The translations under genes were made by a program, and so were the position numbers. Positions 9,004 through 19,208 of a stretch of 64,000 bases of DNA are shown here, piece after piece (within the stretch, counting starts at the first letter, position 1; the number at the start of each line of letters is the position of its first letter). Under the pieces are notes generated by a model. It was not told the DNA's origin. It saw only the letters and a list, made by a program, of their open reading frames with translations, and made no database searches. Origin of the DNA: Abditibacterium sp. (GTDB lineage: Bacteria; Armatimonadota; Abditibacteriia; Abditibacteriales; Abditibacteriaceae); assembly GCA_965246885.1 (NCBI GenBank), contig OZ251992.1, positions 2,816,001 through 2,880,000 of the forward strand. The letters are read 5' to 3'.

Positions 9004-9660
9004 ATGCGTTTCTACCATCGCCGCCAATTCGAGCGCTATCAACGTTGTCTCGGCTTCATCGCGCAACATCAAAAAGAGTTTGGCCCCAAATCGCAGGTCA
9101 GCAAACTGAAAGACCAACTCCAAGGTGTTGTGGACGAACTTTCCAAATCGTCGGAGGGCGCGCCCAAAGCGCCGCGCTCCACCAATTCGCAAAAGCAAAA
9201 AGCCAATAACGAATTGCGCGGCGCGCTCAACCGCATTGCCCGCACCGCTAACGCCATCGCTAAACACGATTCCGGTTTTAAAAACACCTTTCATCTACCC
9301 GACAAACGCCGCAAGAACGAACTCGCCGACGCCGCGCGCAAGTTTTTGAAGGATGGCGAACGGGCCAAAGCCGCTTTCGAGTCGTTCGACCTACGCGAAG
9401 ATTTCCTCGAAGATTTAAAAGCCAAGCTCGACGCCTACGAAGCCGCGCAAGGTTCCGTTAAAACAGTCGCCAAAGTCAAGGCCAATCCCGAAGGCGATAG
9501 TGCGGTCGTAGCCAAGGGCACCCAGATCATGGAATCGCTCGATACCTTGGTCGAAAACAAATTCCACAACGACGACGCCATGCTCGGCGCATGGCAAGAA
9601 GCCTCGCAAGTCAAAAAAGTCAAGCGCGGCTCCCGTAAGAAGAAAGCTGACGGCGAGTAA
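9004..9660 (+). CDS. Hypothetical helical, Lys-rich protein
   Basis: 218-aa ORF, divergent from fabH, followed by a hairpin; no recognised catalytic motif. Confidence 0.75.
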   Translation: MRFYHRRQFERYQRCLGFIAQHQKEFGPKSQVSKLKDQLQGVVDELSKSSEGAPKAPRSTNSQKQKANNELRGALNRIARTANAIAKHDSGFKNTFHLPDKRRKNELADAARKFLKDGERAKAAFESFDLREDFLEDLKAKLDAYEAAQGSVKTVAKVKANPEGDSAVVAKGTQIMESLDTLVENKFHNDDAMLGAWQEASQVKKVKRGSRKKKADGE

Positions 9661-9679
9661 ACAGTTGTTTCCCGCCATC

Positions 9680-9712
9680 CCAACAGCCGCCGCGAATTTC
9701 GCGGCGGCTGTT
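9680..9712. terminator. Hairpin between convergent genes (probable terminator)
   Basis: CAACAGCCGCCGCGAA / TTCGCGGCGGCTGTTG. Confidence 0.6.
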
Positions 9713-9738
9713 GCGTCTTGCCCTACTCGCCTTGCCTC

Positions 9739-12700
9739 TCATGGTAGAGTAACGGTTCGAGTGGTAGCGTTGTCCGCCGCGTCGCGTAGGCGCACCTCGA
9801 TTTTGGTTCCGCTTGCGAGCGGAGAAGGCGACAGCGCCGGGTCGAGGACGCCTATGATTTCCTCGTGATTGGAGTCGAACAACCCATCGCCCGTGCCAAG
9901 CGCGACCCAAACGGGCGCTTCTTTGTCGGGGGCTGCTGCGGTCGTTGGTGTTGGGGTGGGGGTCTTGGCGGGTTTGGCAGGGCTGTTCACCACGCGCCAT
10001 TCGGCGCCCGCCAAGGGCGAGGTGGCGTCACTGCCCTGCGCCCTCAACTCCCATCCGGCGCCGTACTTCTCCCCTGCGCCATATTTTCGCACTTCCAAAC
10101 CGGAAAGCGTCGGCGGAGTGTTATCGAGGGTGAAGGTCGTGGAAACGAGGGTCGTTTCGCGCGGGTCGTCGGGGTTGCGCGTGGCGTCGCTTCCTCGCAA
10201 ACGCAGGCGCGTCGGGCCGTCAGGGTATTTGGCGGTGTCCAGTTCAAAGGAGGCGGTCGTGGGCGCGGACAGTTCAACGGGCACCCAGCCTTTTGCGGTT
10301 TGGATGTCGAGGGAGTAGCGCAGCGCGTCGCCGTCGGGGTCTGCCCCCGTCCACGTGAGGGTCTTCTTGCCGCTAAGGTATTCGCCGCCAACGGGGAGCG
10401 TCCACGTCAGTTTGGGCGGGTGGTTGGGCGCGCGGAAGAAGGTCTCGACACGCTCGACGCGCCCGGTGGCGGCGGCGATTTTGACGCGGTATTGCAAGTA
10501 GCGGGCGGGCGGCGAGACGACTTTATAGGCTGTTGAAAGCGGGGCGAAGGCGCTCCATGTGGCGTCGGGGTCGGCGGTTTCGCCGGAGCGGGTTTCGATG
10601 GCAAAATCGCTTCCCAAGGCGCGCACGGCGCCCCAGCGCACCGTTGCGCCCGCATCGAAGACGTTGGAGGTGTACTGCCCCGCATCCGAAGCGGGCGCCA
10701 GTTGCCACAGCGCGGCGTTGTTGGCGGTCGCGGCCAACACGCGGCCATCGGCTAAGACGTCAAGCGCCGGAATTTGGCCCTGACGGGCGTCCAAGACGCG
10801 CGCGACGTCGAAGGTGCCGTCCCCTTGCGGCGCCAAGCGGAACAGTTCGCCGCCCTCGCCGGTTCCGGCGTAAAGGGCGCCGTTGGCATCTGCGCGCAAG
10901 GAGTAGATGGCGCGGGCCGGAGTTTTGGCGGCTTCCTCAACGCCCCGCGCGCGCGTCCACCGACTGACGGTGCCCGACAAAAGCGACGAGAAGTACACGG
11001 CATCGCCAACGGGAGCGACGCCGGTGATTTCGCCCGACTTCGCGCCCGCGCCCATGTCGGGCACGCCCATCGCGGCCATGATTGCCGCGTTTTGGGCGGC
11101 GTTCTGCGCGGCGAAACTGTCGGGCGAAGGCGTGGTCGTCATGTTGGCGGTGGTGCCTTCGGGCAAGGGCAAGGAAGACACGGCGCCCTCTCGCGCTTCG
11201 TAGAGCGTCTCGACTTTGCCATCGGCGCCGATGCGGAGCAGCATCGCATCGTCGGCAGTTCCGGCGTAAATGGCGCCGTTCGAGAAGGCAAGCGAGCGGA
11301 TGTGCTTGGCGGTTGTGACAAACGACTTCACTGGCCCGCTCCGAAGGGCCGCATATTCGCTGGCGCTTCGCGGGTCTTCAACGCGGTAAATCGCGCCGCG
11401 CGCGCCGCCTGTTCCGACGATGAGGGCGCCTTTGTCATCGAACGCGAGGGCACCGATGAACTGTTCGCCGGTTTGCAGCACGACGGTGTACGTGCCGTTC
11501 GGCGCAAAGCGCAAGACGCGGCCACCGGGCGAAACGCCCGCATAAACGTTGCCTGCGCCGTCACTTGCGAGCGCGGAAACGGCGACTTCGGGGCCTTCGT
11601 AGATGACCTTGGAAACGCCGTTCTTGACGCGGAACAAGCGGGCGTTGTTGCCGGTGCCGATGTAGACGCTTCCGTCGGGCGCGCCCGCGACGCTCCACGC
11701 GACGGCTTCGGGCGTCGAGGCGAGCAGCTTGGCCGTCGGGCCGGGAACGAGGGTGCCATCGGCGCGCGCGACGGAGCCGGAGAACTCGCCGCGCGCGAAG
11801 TCGGAAGCGGAGTCCTGCACCCATTTCCCGGCGGGGCGGGCGATGGTGGCGGCACTCGCGTCAGGCGAGGGGGTGGCCGTCGGCGTAGGAGTGGGAGTGG
11901 GCGTGGCCGACGAAGCGGCGACGCTCGCGCGCTCGATTTTGCGGCCCTTGACGCGGGGGATGGTTTGCAAACGGAGCGCGTCCGCGCCCGCGCTGCCAAA
12001 CAACGGGCGCGGCGCGGAGGAAGCAGCGCCAAACCAGACGGCGACATCGTTCGGGATGGGAGCGGGCGTGATGGCGGGCGTAGTGATGGAGGGGACATCC
12101 GAAGCGGACGCACTCGCGGTGGGGGCGGCGTCGGGCGCTTCGCGGCTGGAGCGGCGGGTGGACTCGACGACCAAGTTGAGCGTTTCGAGGCCGTCCAAGA
12201 CGAACTCGGTGGGCTGGTGCTGTTCGAGGGTCTCGTTGTAAGCGCCGATGGAAGAGGAGGCGGCTCCGCCGACCAAGCGGTTCCACGAGGCGGGCGGGTT
12301 GTCCACGCGCTTGCGGTCAACGAGCAAGAAGCGGCGCGGCGTCGAGACTTGCAAGAGCAGGTCGTCGGAGCGCCCGATGCGCGCGTAGGCGGTGAGTAGT
12401 TCGCGCAAGTTGCCGGGATGCGGCGGGGCGCCACCGACGCGGGTGCGGGCCGACCAGAAGGAGTCGGCGGGCGACACGGCAACGCGCAAGACGCCATCGG
12501 GCGCGTCGGCGGGGACTTGGATGCGGAAGCTCTTGGTAACGAGGGCGTCGGGCGCGTTGAAGGGTGCAAGCGCGACGCTAAGCGTCACGGTGTCGCCCGC
12601 TTTAACGCGGTTATGGTCGGCCAAGAGGCGTCGAATGACGGCGGTTTTGCGACCGGGCACAACGCGCGCATCAATGGAGATGCTTTGCAGGGCGCCTTTG

Positions 12701-14082
12701 CCAAAGGGGTTTTGTTGGCTAAGCCCCAGCGCTTCGGCGAAGGGCGCGAGCGCGGCGCCAAAAACGGGGTCGTCGGAATAGGCGACGTTGGAGCGCACGA
12801 TCTCCGGCAAACCGCGTAGCTTGAGGCGCAAGGAAGAAAGCACGGTCTTTCCCGACGCCAAGCCGAGTTCGCCTTGGACGGCTTCGGCGGCGACGGCGAT
12901 GGCGAGTTGCGGGGTGAAGAGGGGGTCTTGGATGAGGCCGACGTGGAAGGTGCGGTCGATGTGCTTGAGGTCGTCGCGCACATGAACGGTCATCGGGATG
13001 GTCTGCGCTTTCCGTCCAACGGTTCCGGCGACGGCAAAAGCGGTGTCCTGCTCCAACTCGCCAACCGGGGCCATCGGCGAGGCGAGCTTGAAACTGGTCT
13101 CGTAGGACGGGAAGATGTCGTGGACGTAGGCGGTGGTCATGGGCATCGAAACGGCGCCCAAGCCGAACATGGGGTGCCCAAAGGCGAGGACGCGCTGGCC
13201 GATGCGGTAAGTGACCGTCCCCACGCCGGAAATGTCTATGTCACCCGACGCGAGTTGCACGCCGATGCCCGCACCGGGCACAAGCGCGGTTTGAACACCC
13301 GACTTGCGCGAGCTTGGCCCAAAGACTTGGCTGTTCCCCATCGCGCCGCCGCCCAGAACGGGGGTGACGTCATAGGGCGCGAAGAGCTTTTGCCAAACGC
13401 CAAAGCGCGAGGGCGACACGCCCGACAGGAGGATGTAATTGGTGCAGGGGCGCATCCGCAGGGTGGCGCCGTCGAGGGCGGCCAGTCGCGGGTTGCGCGT
13501 GACTTCGACGCGGTTGATGTCGCGGCCCGCGACGCGGATGGGGGCGCGGGCGCGGAACACCGAAGCGGCAATCTTGGAGGGCGGGACAGCGCGTTCGGGG
13601 TTGGGGCGGGGCGGGGCGGCGTCGGGGAGGGCGCCCTCGATCATCTGGGTGATGGGCGTGACGCCGCCGATGGGTTCTTTGGGAAAGCCAAAACCGATGG
13701 CGATGGCGCCGAGCAGCTTGCCGTTGATGTAAACGGGCGAGCCGCTCATGCCTTGGATGATGCCGCTTTGTCGCTGGACGACGGGGCCGTCGAGGACGCG
13801 GATCATCACGAGGTCGCCGCCGGACTGCACCCGTTCGAGCGTGCCCAAGACTTCGATGCCAAAGCGCTCGATCTTGGTGCCTTGGAAGACGCTGAGCGCG
13901 TAGCCGCGCATCCCGCGTTTGGCGTCACGGGCGCGCATGATTTTCCCTTCGCGCAGAAGGCGGGCGACCAGTTGTTTGGACTCGACCTTGGATTCGAGGG
14001 GGGTGGTCTTTTGGGGGGTGGTCGCGGCGAGGGTGGGAACCGCGAGGAGGAGCAAGGAGAGGACGAAAGAAAGCGCGCGCAT
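9739..14082 (-). CDS. Large secreted protein: SpoIVB/peptidase S55 domain fused to beta-propeller repeats and a C-terminal Ig-like domain
   Basis: Signal peptide; GY..SVFQGTKIERF, QGMSGSPVYINGKLLGA, LAFGHP; repeated 'DG.VY.GT' blades; SPPARYLQYR; DPDGDALRY. Confidence 0.8.
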   Translation of the reverse strand: MRALSFVLSLLLLAVPTLAATTPQKTTPLESKVESKQLVARLLREGKIMRARDAKRGMRGYALSVFQGTKIERFGIEVLGTLERVQSGGDLVMIRVLDGPVVQRQSGIIQGMSGSPVYINGKLLGAIAIGFGFPKEPIGGVTPITQMIEGALPDAAPPRPNPERAVPPSKIAASVFRARAPIRVAGRDINRVEVTRNPRLAALDGATLRMRPCTNYILLSGVSPSRFGVWQKLFAPYDVTPVLGGGAMGNSQVFGPSSRKSGVQTALVPGAGIGVQLASGDIDISGVGTVTYRIGQRVLAFGHPMFGLGAVSMPMTTAYVHDIFPSYETSFKLASPMAPVGELEQDTAFAVAGTVGRKAQTIPMTVHVRDDLKHIDRTFHVGLIQDPLFTPQLAIAVAAEAVQGELGLASGKTVLSSLRLKLRGLPEIVRSNVAYSDDPVFGAALAPFAEALGLSQQNPFGKGALQSISIDARVVPGRKTAVIRRLLADHNRVKAGDTVTLSVALAPFNAPDALVTKSFRIQVPADAPDGVLRVAVSPADSFWSARTRVGGAPPHPGNLRELLTAYARIGRSDDLLLQVSTPRRFLLVDRKRVDNPPASWNRLVGGAASSSIGAYNETLEQHQPTEFVLDGLETLNLVVESTRRSSREAPDAAPTASASASDVPSITTPAITPAPIPNDVAVWFGAASSAPRPLFGSAGADALRLQTIPRVKGRKIERASVAASSATPTPTPTPTATPSPDASAATIARPAGKWVQDSASDFARGEFSGSVARADGTLVPGPTAKLLASTPEAVAWSVAGAPDGSVYIGTGNNARLFRVKNGVSKVIYEGPEVAVSALASDGAGNVYAGVSPGGRVLRFAPNGTYTVVLQTGEQFIGALAFDDKGALIVGTGGARGAIYRVEDPRSASEYAALRSGPVKSFVTTAKHIRSLAFSNGAIYAGTADDAMLLRIGADGKVETLYEAREGAVSSLPLPEGTTANMTTTPSPDSFAAQNAAQNAAIMAAMGVPDMGAGAKSGEITGVAPVGDAVYFSSLLSGTVSRWTRARGVEEAAKTPARAIYSLRADANGALYAGTGEGGELFRLAPQGDGTFDVARVLDARQGQIPALDVLADGRVLAATANNAALWQLAPASDAGQYTSNVFDAGATVRWGAVRALGSDFAIETRSGETADPDATWSAFAPLSTAYKVVSPPARYLQYRVKIAAATGRVERVETFFRAPNHPPKLTWTLPVGGEYLSGKKTLTWTGADPDGDALRYSLDIQTAKGWVPVELSAPTTASFELDTAKYPDGPTRLRLRGSDATRNPDDPRETTLVSTTFTLDNTPPTLSGLEVRKYGAGEKYGAGWELRAQGSDATSPLAGAEWRVVNSPAKPAKTPTPTPTTAAAPDKEAPVWVALGTGDGLFDSNHEEIIGVLDPALSPSPLASGTKIEVRLRDAADNATTRTVTLP

Positions 14083-14127
14083 GAGCCGGAAAGTATGGCA
14101 GGGACAAGCGCGCGCCTTGCTACTAAT

Positions 14128-15006
14128 TTAGTGAAGGCCGGACGCGGCGTTTTGTTCCTTTAGCCACGCCTCGCGTAGCTTGGTGTAGGTCGCCCAGTCT
14201 TCGGCGCCGCAGGTGTTGAGCAGGCCGTCCACCCATTCGCGCGTTAGGGTCTGGCCATCGAAGGTGGTGAGCGGGTAGTAGCCGCCGCTCATGCCGACCG
14301 TCGAATCGCCGACGTAGTGGCAGATAAAAGCGCGGCGGAAGCGGTCGCGCGAGATATTGGGGGTGGAGCCGTGAATCATCGAGCCGTTGAAGAACAACAC
14401 GTCGCCCGCCTTCATGTCGGCGCGCACGGCCTCATGGCCTTCGGGAATGGCGACTTGCTCCGTCGTAAAGGACTTGTTCATGTCGGCCATGCCGGGGCAC
14501 TGCACGCCGAGTTTGTGGCTACCGGGCACAACGCTCATGCCGCCGTTCTCCTCGTCGGCGTCGTCGACGGCGAGCCACGCGGCGATGCAGGTGCCGGGGC
14601 GGACGTTGAGGTAAAAGTTGTCTTGGTGCAAGGCTTGGCCGCGCGCGCCCATCGGCTTGAAGTAGAACATGGACTGCGCCGCGAGCGGCTCTTCGCCGAA
14701 CAGTTCGCGCAGGATGCCGTGCAAGCGCTCGTCGAGCATCTTGGACTTCGCCAGTTCGTCGCGCTTGTGCGGATGCATCACACGCGGGTATTGCTTGAGC
14801 ACGTCGCCGCCGGACTCTTCCGGAGAAAGCGGCGCGTACCACTCGCGCACCGGCGAGTCGGGGTTTTGCGCGTCGCGCTGGAGTTGCATGAAGTGCTCGC
14901 GCAAAAGTGCGACCTCTTCTGCTGAAAAGATGTTCGAGACCTGAAGGAAGCCGTTCTCTTCCCAGAAACGGAGTTGCTCCGGCGTTAAAGCTGTAGTGGC
15001 TGTCAT
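14128..15006 (-). CDS. Phytanoyl-CoA dioxygenase (PhyH) family Fe(II)/2OG oxygenase
   Basis: LTPEQ..FWEENGFL, HQDNFY (HxD), ENGGMSVVPGSHK, GDVLFF..SMIHGS..N. Confidence 0.88.
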   Translation of the reverse strand: MTATTALTPEQLRFWEENGFLQVSNIFSAEEVALLREHFMQLQRDAQNPDSPVREWYAPLSPEESGGDVLKQYPRVMHPHKRDELAKSKMLDERLHGILRELFGEEPLAAQSMFYFKPMGARGQALHQDNFYLNVRPGTCIAAWLAVDDADEENGGMSVVPGSHKLGVQCPGMADMNKSFTTEQVAIPEGHEAVRADMKAGDVLFFNGSMIHGSTPNISRDRFRRAFICHYVGDSTVGMSGGYYPLTTFDGQTLTREWVDGLLNTCGAEDWATYTKLREAWLKEQNAASGLH

Positions 15007-15092
15007 AACGCAAGGTATGACACACGCGGCGCGCCCGCCGCCCAGCCCGCAAGCGAGGAAGTAGGACTTTTCCGACGCGCTTTTGCGCTTTT

Positions 15093-15998
15093 CTACGGCT
15101 CCACCTGTCCGCGCGCGACGCCCCCCCACGCGCGCGGGGGTAGCCCCGTTTGGCGCTTGAACACGCGCGCAAAATGCGAGGCGTCCTCAAAACCGCAGCG
15201 CCGCGCGACCTCGCCCGCGCTCAGTTCGCCATAACGGAGTAACTCCTGCGCGCGGCGGATGCGGGCGGCGGTCTGGATTTCCAAGGGCGAAGCGTCCAGC
15301 ACGGCGCGGAACATGCGCCGCAGGTGGTCGCTGCTCCAGCCGACGCGGGCGGCGACCTCTTCCATCGAAGGCGGCGCTTCGAGTTCGCGTTCCAACACCT
15401 CGCGCGCCCGTTGCACCCGCCGCACGGCATCGGCGCCCACCCGCGCGTGACGCGCCACCTCGCCCATCAGCCACACCTCGCGCTCGATTTGCCCCATCGC
15501 CGCCAACAAAAGCGCACCCGCCACAAAGCGGGACTGCCCATCGAAGCGGTTGTACTCGGCCACCACATCTTCCAACAGCCGCCGCACGCGCGGGCGCCCG
15601 CCCAAGTCCAGAAAGGGGCGCGCCGCCAACTCCCAGCCGGGGATTTCGCGCGGCGTTCTCATGCGCGCGCGGTCGGGCGGGTCGATTGCTGGCTCGAACT
15701 GGGTGAACGTGTCCTGATCGGCGCGCGGCTCGAAATCAAAGTGCACGCCGAGCAAACGCTGGGCTTCATCGGGCGAGAGAAACGAGTGGAAGGCGCCCGG
15801 TCGCACCAGAAACAGCGAGTCGGGCCGCGCCGGATGCGCCACTCCGTCCAAGACGATGCGCCCGCACCCTTCCAGAACATACACCAGTTCGTGGTCGAGC
15901 AAGCGCCGCTCCCACGTGCCGCGCCCACCCGCCTCGACGCGCACCGTGTTCGCCCAGCGAATGAACGGCACGAAGGGAAGAGAAGCAGCAGGAAGCAC
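15093..15998 (-). CDS. AraC family transcriptional regulator
   Basis: N-terminal cupin (HELVYVLEG.G) and C-terminal HTH (VARRCGFEDASHFARVFKRQTG..P). Confidence 0.9.
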   Translation of the reverse strand: MLPAASLPFVPFIRWANTVRVEAGGRGTWERRLLDHELVYVLEGCGRIVLDGVAHPARPDSLFLVRPGAFHSFLSPDEAQRLLGVHFDFEPRADQDTFTQFEPAIDPPDRARMRTPREIPGWELAARPFLDLGGRPRVRRLLEDVVAEYNRFDGQSRFVAGALLLAAMGQIEREVWLMGEVARHARVGADAVRRVQRAREVLERELEAPPSMEEVAARVGWSSDHLRRMFRAVLDASPLEIQTAARIRRAQELLRYGELSAGEVARRCGFEDASHFARVFKRQTGLPPRAWGGVARGQVEP

Positions 15999-16013
15999 GG
16001 GAGATGACTGGCG

Positions 16014-18275
16014 TTACAAGACGCTTGGCGCCGTAACCGGCGCGTCCAGATGCACTTCGCCCGTCCCGTTATTTTGCCCATTGGTGGGCGCCCCCGTCTT
16101 CGGGCGCGGCAGGAGGGCGAGCGTGGGAACAAGCGCGAGGAAGCCGATGAACGCGCCCAACAGCACGCCCGTCAGCGAGCGCCACAGGTTGAAAAACACC
16201 GGCGTGTGCAGGTGGCACATCGTGTTGAGCACGTCCGTTTGCCCGATGATGGCCGGAATCAGCGCCACGAACGCCCACGTCTTGCGGCGGCGCAAGAGAA
16301 AGGCGATGCACAAGAAGAACGCCGGATGCCCGACGAATATCTCCTTGGTACGCGGACGGGTGATGAAGATTTGCTCCAGCAGGGCGCGCGACTTGAGTTC
16401 AAACGACGAAATCTCCATGCCCGAATCGTTGCCAAAACGCGCCATCCACACGAAGCCCACAACCGCAATCACCACTGCCCAGATCGCCGTTTGAGCCGTG
16501 AAGGGGCGCGACACGAGCGAGCGGATGCGCGCCATTGCCCGTGCCCTGCCCGGCGCGGCGCCTTCGGCTTCGACGCGGTGCGGGAACAGTTCGCCCGCAA
16601 ATGCGAAGGGAATCAGCAGAAGCGGGAAGAACTGCGTGCCTTTGGGAAAGAGGAACTTGTCCGCTTTGCTCAGGTAATACCAGTGGTTGAGAAGCGCCGT
16701 CGTGTAAATGCCGCCAATCAGCGTCAGAAGCGTGGTGCGCCACAACACGCCCAGCCCGAACAGCGCCACCGCAATGGGCGAGCGCGCCGAGTTGGGGCGC
16801 TTCAAGCCGTCCCATACGAGCGGCAACCCGCCCCACAGAAACGCCACAATGGAGCACGCCGTGCCGCCCTCTAACGCGATGATCTTCGCGCCCATCCCGT
16901 TGGACAGCGACAAAATGGCCACCAACGCCAGTCCCACCAGCGCCCAGTTGCGCGCCACGACGGGGCGCAGGTCAAAGAACAAGTTGAGGAGCAACAGCGT
17001 CAGGCCCACTACCCCAACGCCCGACAGGAAGCGCATCAAATAGCGCGCGAGCCACGCGCCTTTGTGCCCCAGCGTCGGCTCCATCTGCGCGAGCGGATAA
17101 TCGCCAAAGCCGCGCGCCTCGCCCGTCGAAAGGCCCGGACGAAGTAACCCGCCGGGAAGCGGTGGCCGTTGCACTTCCGACGACACTCGTTCGATGAGTT
17201 CCATATTTTGGTCGTAGGCCGATTTATCCAAGCGGAGCGGCGCCGTCGCACCCTCGACCGGCGCCGGTTCGCCCTTCTGGTGGCGCATCAGGCGGATGAA
17301 GAGCACCCGCATGTTGCGCTCCTTGGCCGCGCGCACGTAGCGATCTACCATCAGTTCCGGTTCCGCGCCCAACGCTTCTTCGGGGAGCACCGTATGGACG
17401 CGCACCATCTTCCCTTCGGACGACATCGCCATATCGCCTGCGCCGCGCGTTTTGTTGAACTCGACCAGCGCGAAGAGTAGCCCCCGGCGGCGCAGTTCCC
17501 GTGCAACGGGGGAAATCAGCGATTGAAAGCCCAGTACTTGCTCGTCGCCCATGAACAGCACCCGCGCGCCCGCTTGGTTCTTCACGTCATCGAGCAGGCG
17601 CGACAAGCGGGAGGGCGTCAGACTCGCGGGGTTGGCCAAACGCGCCGCGACAATGAGGCCCACCTTGCGGGCAAGCGCCAGTTGTTGCGGGTCAAAGCCC
17701 AACTGCGCTTCGCCGCGCAGTTGGCGCGAACTGGAAATCAATATCCCCTGCCCGCCGCCCGCCAACTGGACGAGTTGCGGCGCGAGCACCGCTTGCTCTT
17801 GGAGGCGCGGGTAAATCTGCGCGAGGAGCGCCGCATCGTCCGACGTCACCATAAAGCGGTATTCTGGCGCGAACTGCGCCCAGTTCAGCGCGGGATACAG
17901 CCGCTCGGCGGCCTCGCGCGATTGCACGACCAAGCGCCCGTTGTCGCTGAGCGAGGTCAGGTTTTGCTCGGCGAGCAGAATCGAGTTGATGCCGCGCGCT
18001 TTCATGTCGCGCAGTAACTGCTCCTGCGTTTTGCCGAAGCCATCGGCCATCGAGCGGGTGTCATCATAGTCGCACACGAACTGCACCGTGCGGTAGTGGT
18101 TCTCGAAGTTCCAGCGATACGCCGTCCAAAACAGCGCGTTGACCAAACCAATCAGGACTAACAGCCACGCAAAACGGAAGCGGGGCGACGACAAAAAAGC
18201 GGAGAAGGGATTAAACACAGCGAGGCGCGCGAAAAGGCGCCCGAAAAATTTACGTTTTCGCGGGCGCGGCGGCAA
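16014..18275 (-). CDS. Membrane protein, DUF5693-like
   Basis: N-terminal TM; RYVRAAKERNMRVLFIR; RPRTKEIFVGHP; NTMCHLHTP; several TM helices. Confidence 0.7.
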   Translation of the reverse strand: MPPRPRKRKFFGRLFARLAVFNPFSAFLSSPRFRFAWLLVLIGLVNALFWTAYRWNFENHYRTVQFVCDYDDTRSMADGFGKTQEQLLRDMKARGINSILLAEQNLTSLSDNGRLVVQSREAAERLYPALNWAQFAPEYRFMVTSDDAALLAQIYPRLQEQAVLAPQLVQLAGGGQGILISSSRQLRGEAQLGFDPQQLALARKVGLIVAARLANPASLTPSRLSRLLDDVKNQAGARVLFMGDEQVLGFQSLISPVARELRRRGLLFALVEFNKTRGAGDMAMSSEGKMVRVHTVLPEEALGAEPELMVDRYVRAAKERNMRVLFIRLMRHQKGEPAPVEGATAPLRLDKSAYDQNMELIERVSSEVQRPPLPGGLLRPGLSTGEARGFGDYPLAQMEPTLGHKGAWLARYLMRFLSGVGVVGLTLLLLNLFFDLRPVVARNWALVGLALVAILSLSNGMGAKIIALEGGTACSIVAFLWGGLPLVWDGLKRPNSARSPIAVALFGLGVLWRTTLLTLIGGIYTTALLNHWYYLSKADKFLFPKGTQFFPLLLIPFAFAGELFPHRVEAEGAAPGRARAMARIRSLVSRPFTAQTAIWAVVIAVVGFVWMARFGNDSGMEISSFELKSRALLEQIFITRPRTKEIFVGHPAFFLCIAFLLRRRKTWAFVALIPAIIGQTDVLNTMCHLHTPVFFNLWRSLTGVLLGAFIGFLALVPTLALLPRPKTGAPTNGQNNGTGEVHLDAPVTAPSVL

Positions 18276-18368
18276 GCAGGCAGTGAAGAAGTCGCACCCT
18301 CACCCTCCAAAGTAAGGGATGTGCAAGCGCGAAGAGTAAACTGCGCCGCGACAAGTCGCGGCGCACTC

Positions 18369-19058
18369 CTACGCCCCATCGAATCGGGCTTGGGGGTCGG
18401 GGGCGACGTCGCCCTTGGCGCTGATGTAGGCGCTCAGGTCTTGCATCAGGTTGGCGTTCGTCGAACGCTTTTGGGCGCCGTTCCAAATGTTGAAGAACCC
18501 CGCCGCGCCTTCGGCCAAACTGGAAGGCATGGCGACGGAATACGTCGCGCCGTCATCTAATGCCTTTCCGCGCACGCTAACGGAGCGGATGCGCTTGCCG
18601 GGGGCGGCCCCCGCATCGAAGCGCGCTTTCATGCCCGCCAACTGCAAAAACGCGGGGCTTCCCGTCGGGAACACGCTCGCGGCGCGCTCCAAGGCCGCCC
18701 GTAGCTGGGCGCCCGACAGCGACAGCGTGGCCACGTCATCGTCGGAAAACGACAGCAACGCGTCCAAATCGCCGGTTTCGATGGGGCCAGCGCCCAGCGT
18801 GCCCGACTTGAGCGCGCCCGCGTTGAGCAGGGCGCAGTCGGCGCCGCTTTGCTTGAGCATGGCATCGGCGACCAAGCGGCCAAAAGGGGTCTCGGATTTG
18901 TTGGCGCGCAGGTTGGGGAAGTCGTCACTGGCGCGTCCAATGCCTTGCGCGCGCGCATCTCCCGCCAAAGTCACGACTAAAACGCCCGCCATGAAGAGCA
19001 GCAGGCAACGAGACAAGAAGCGGTGAGCGAGCATTGGAACAAAAGCAAGACGAGCCAC
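18369..19058 (-). CDS. Secreted 5'-nucleotidase C-terminal domain protein
   Basis: ETPFGRLVADAM, ALLNAGAL, LSGAQLRAALE; no metallophosphatase domain; start uncertain. Confidence 0.78.
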   Translation of the reverse strand: MARLAFVPMLAHRFLSRCLLLFMAGVLVVTLAGDARAQGIGRASDDFPNLRANKSETPFGRLVADAMLKQSGADCALLNAGALKSGTLGAGPIETGDLDALLSFSDDDVATLSLSGAQLRAALERAASVFPTGSPAFLQLAGMKARFDAGAAPGKRIRSVSVRGKALDDGATYSVAMPSSLAEGAAGFFNIWNGAQKRSTNANLMQDLSAYISAKGDVAPDPQARFDGA

Positions 19059-19208
19059 TCACGCAAAAGTTCACGCGCCTTTGCTGAAGGAAAGCGGAGC
19101 TTTGCTAACCTCGTTCCCAACTTCGGCGCGCTTCATTTTAACGCGCGCAGTTGAAATCTGTACAAAGACGCGCGCGCTTTGCCCAACTTTAGCATCCTTA
19201 CTCCTTCC

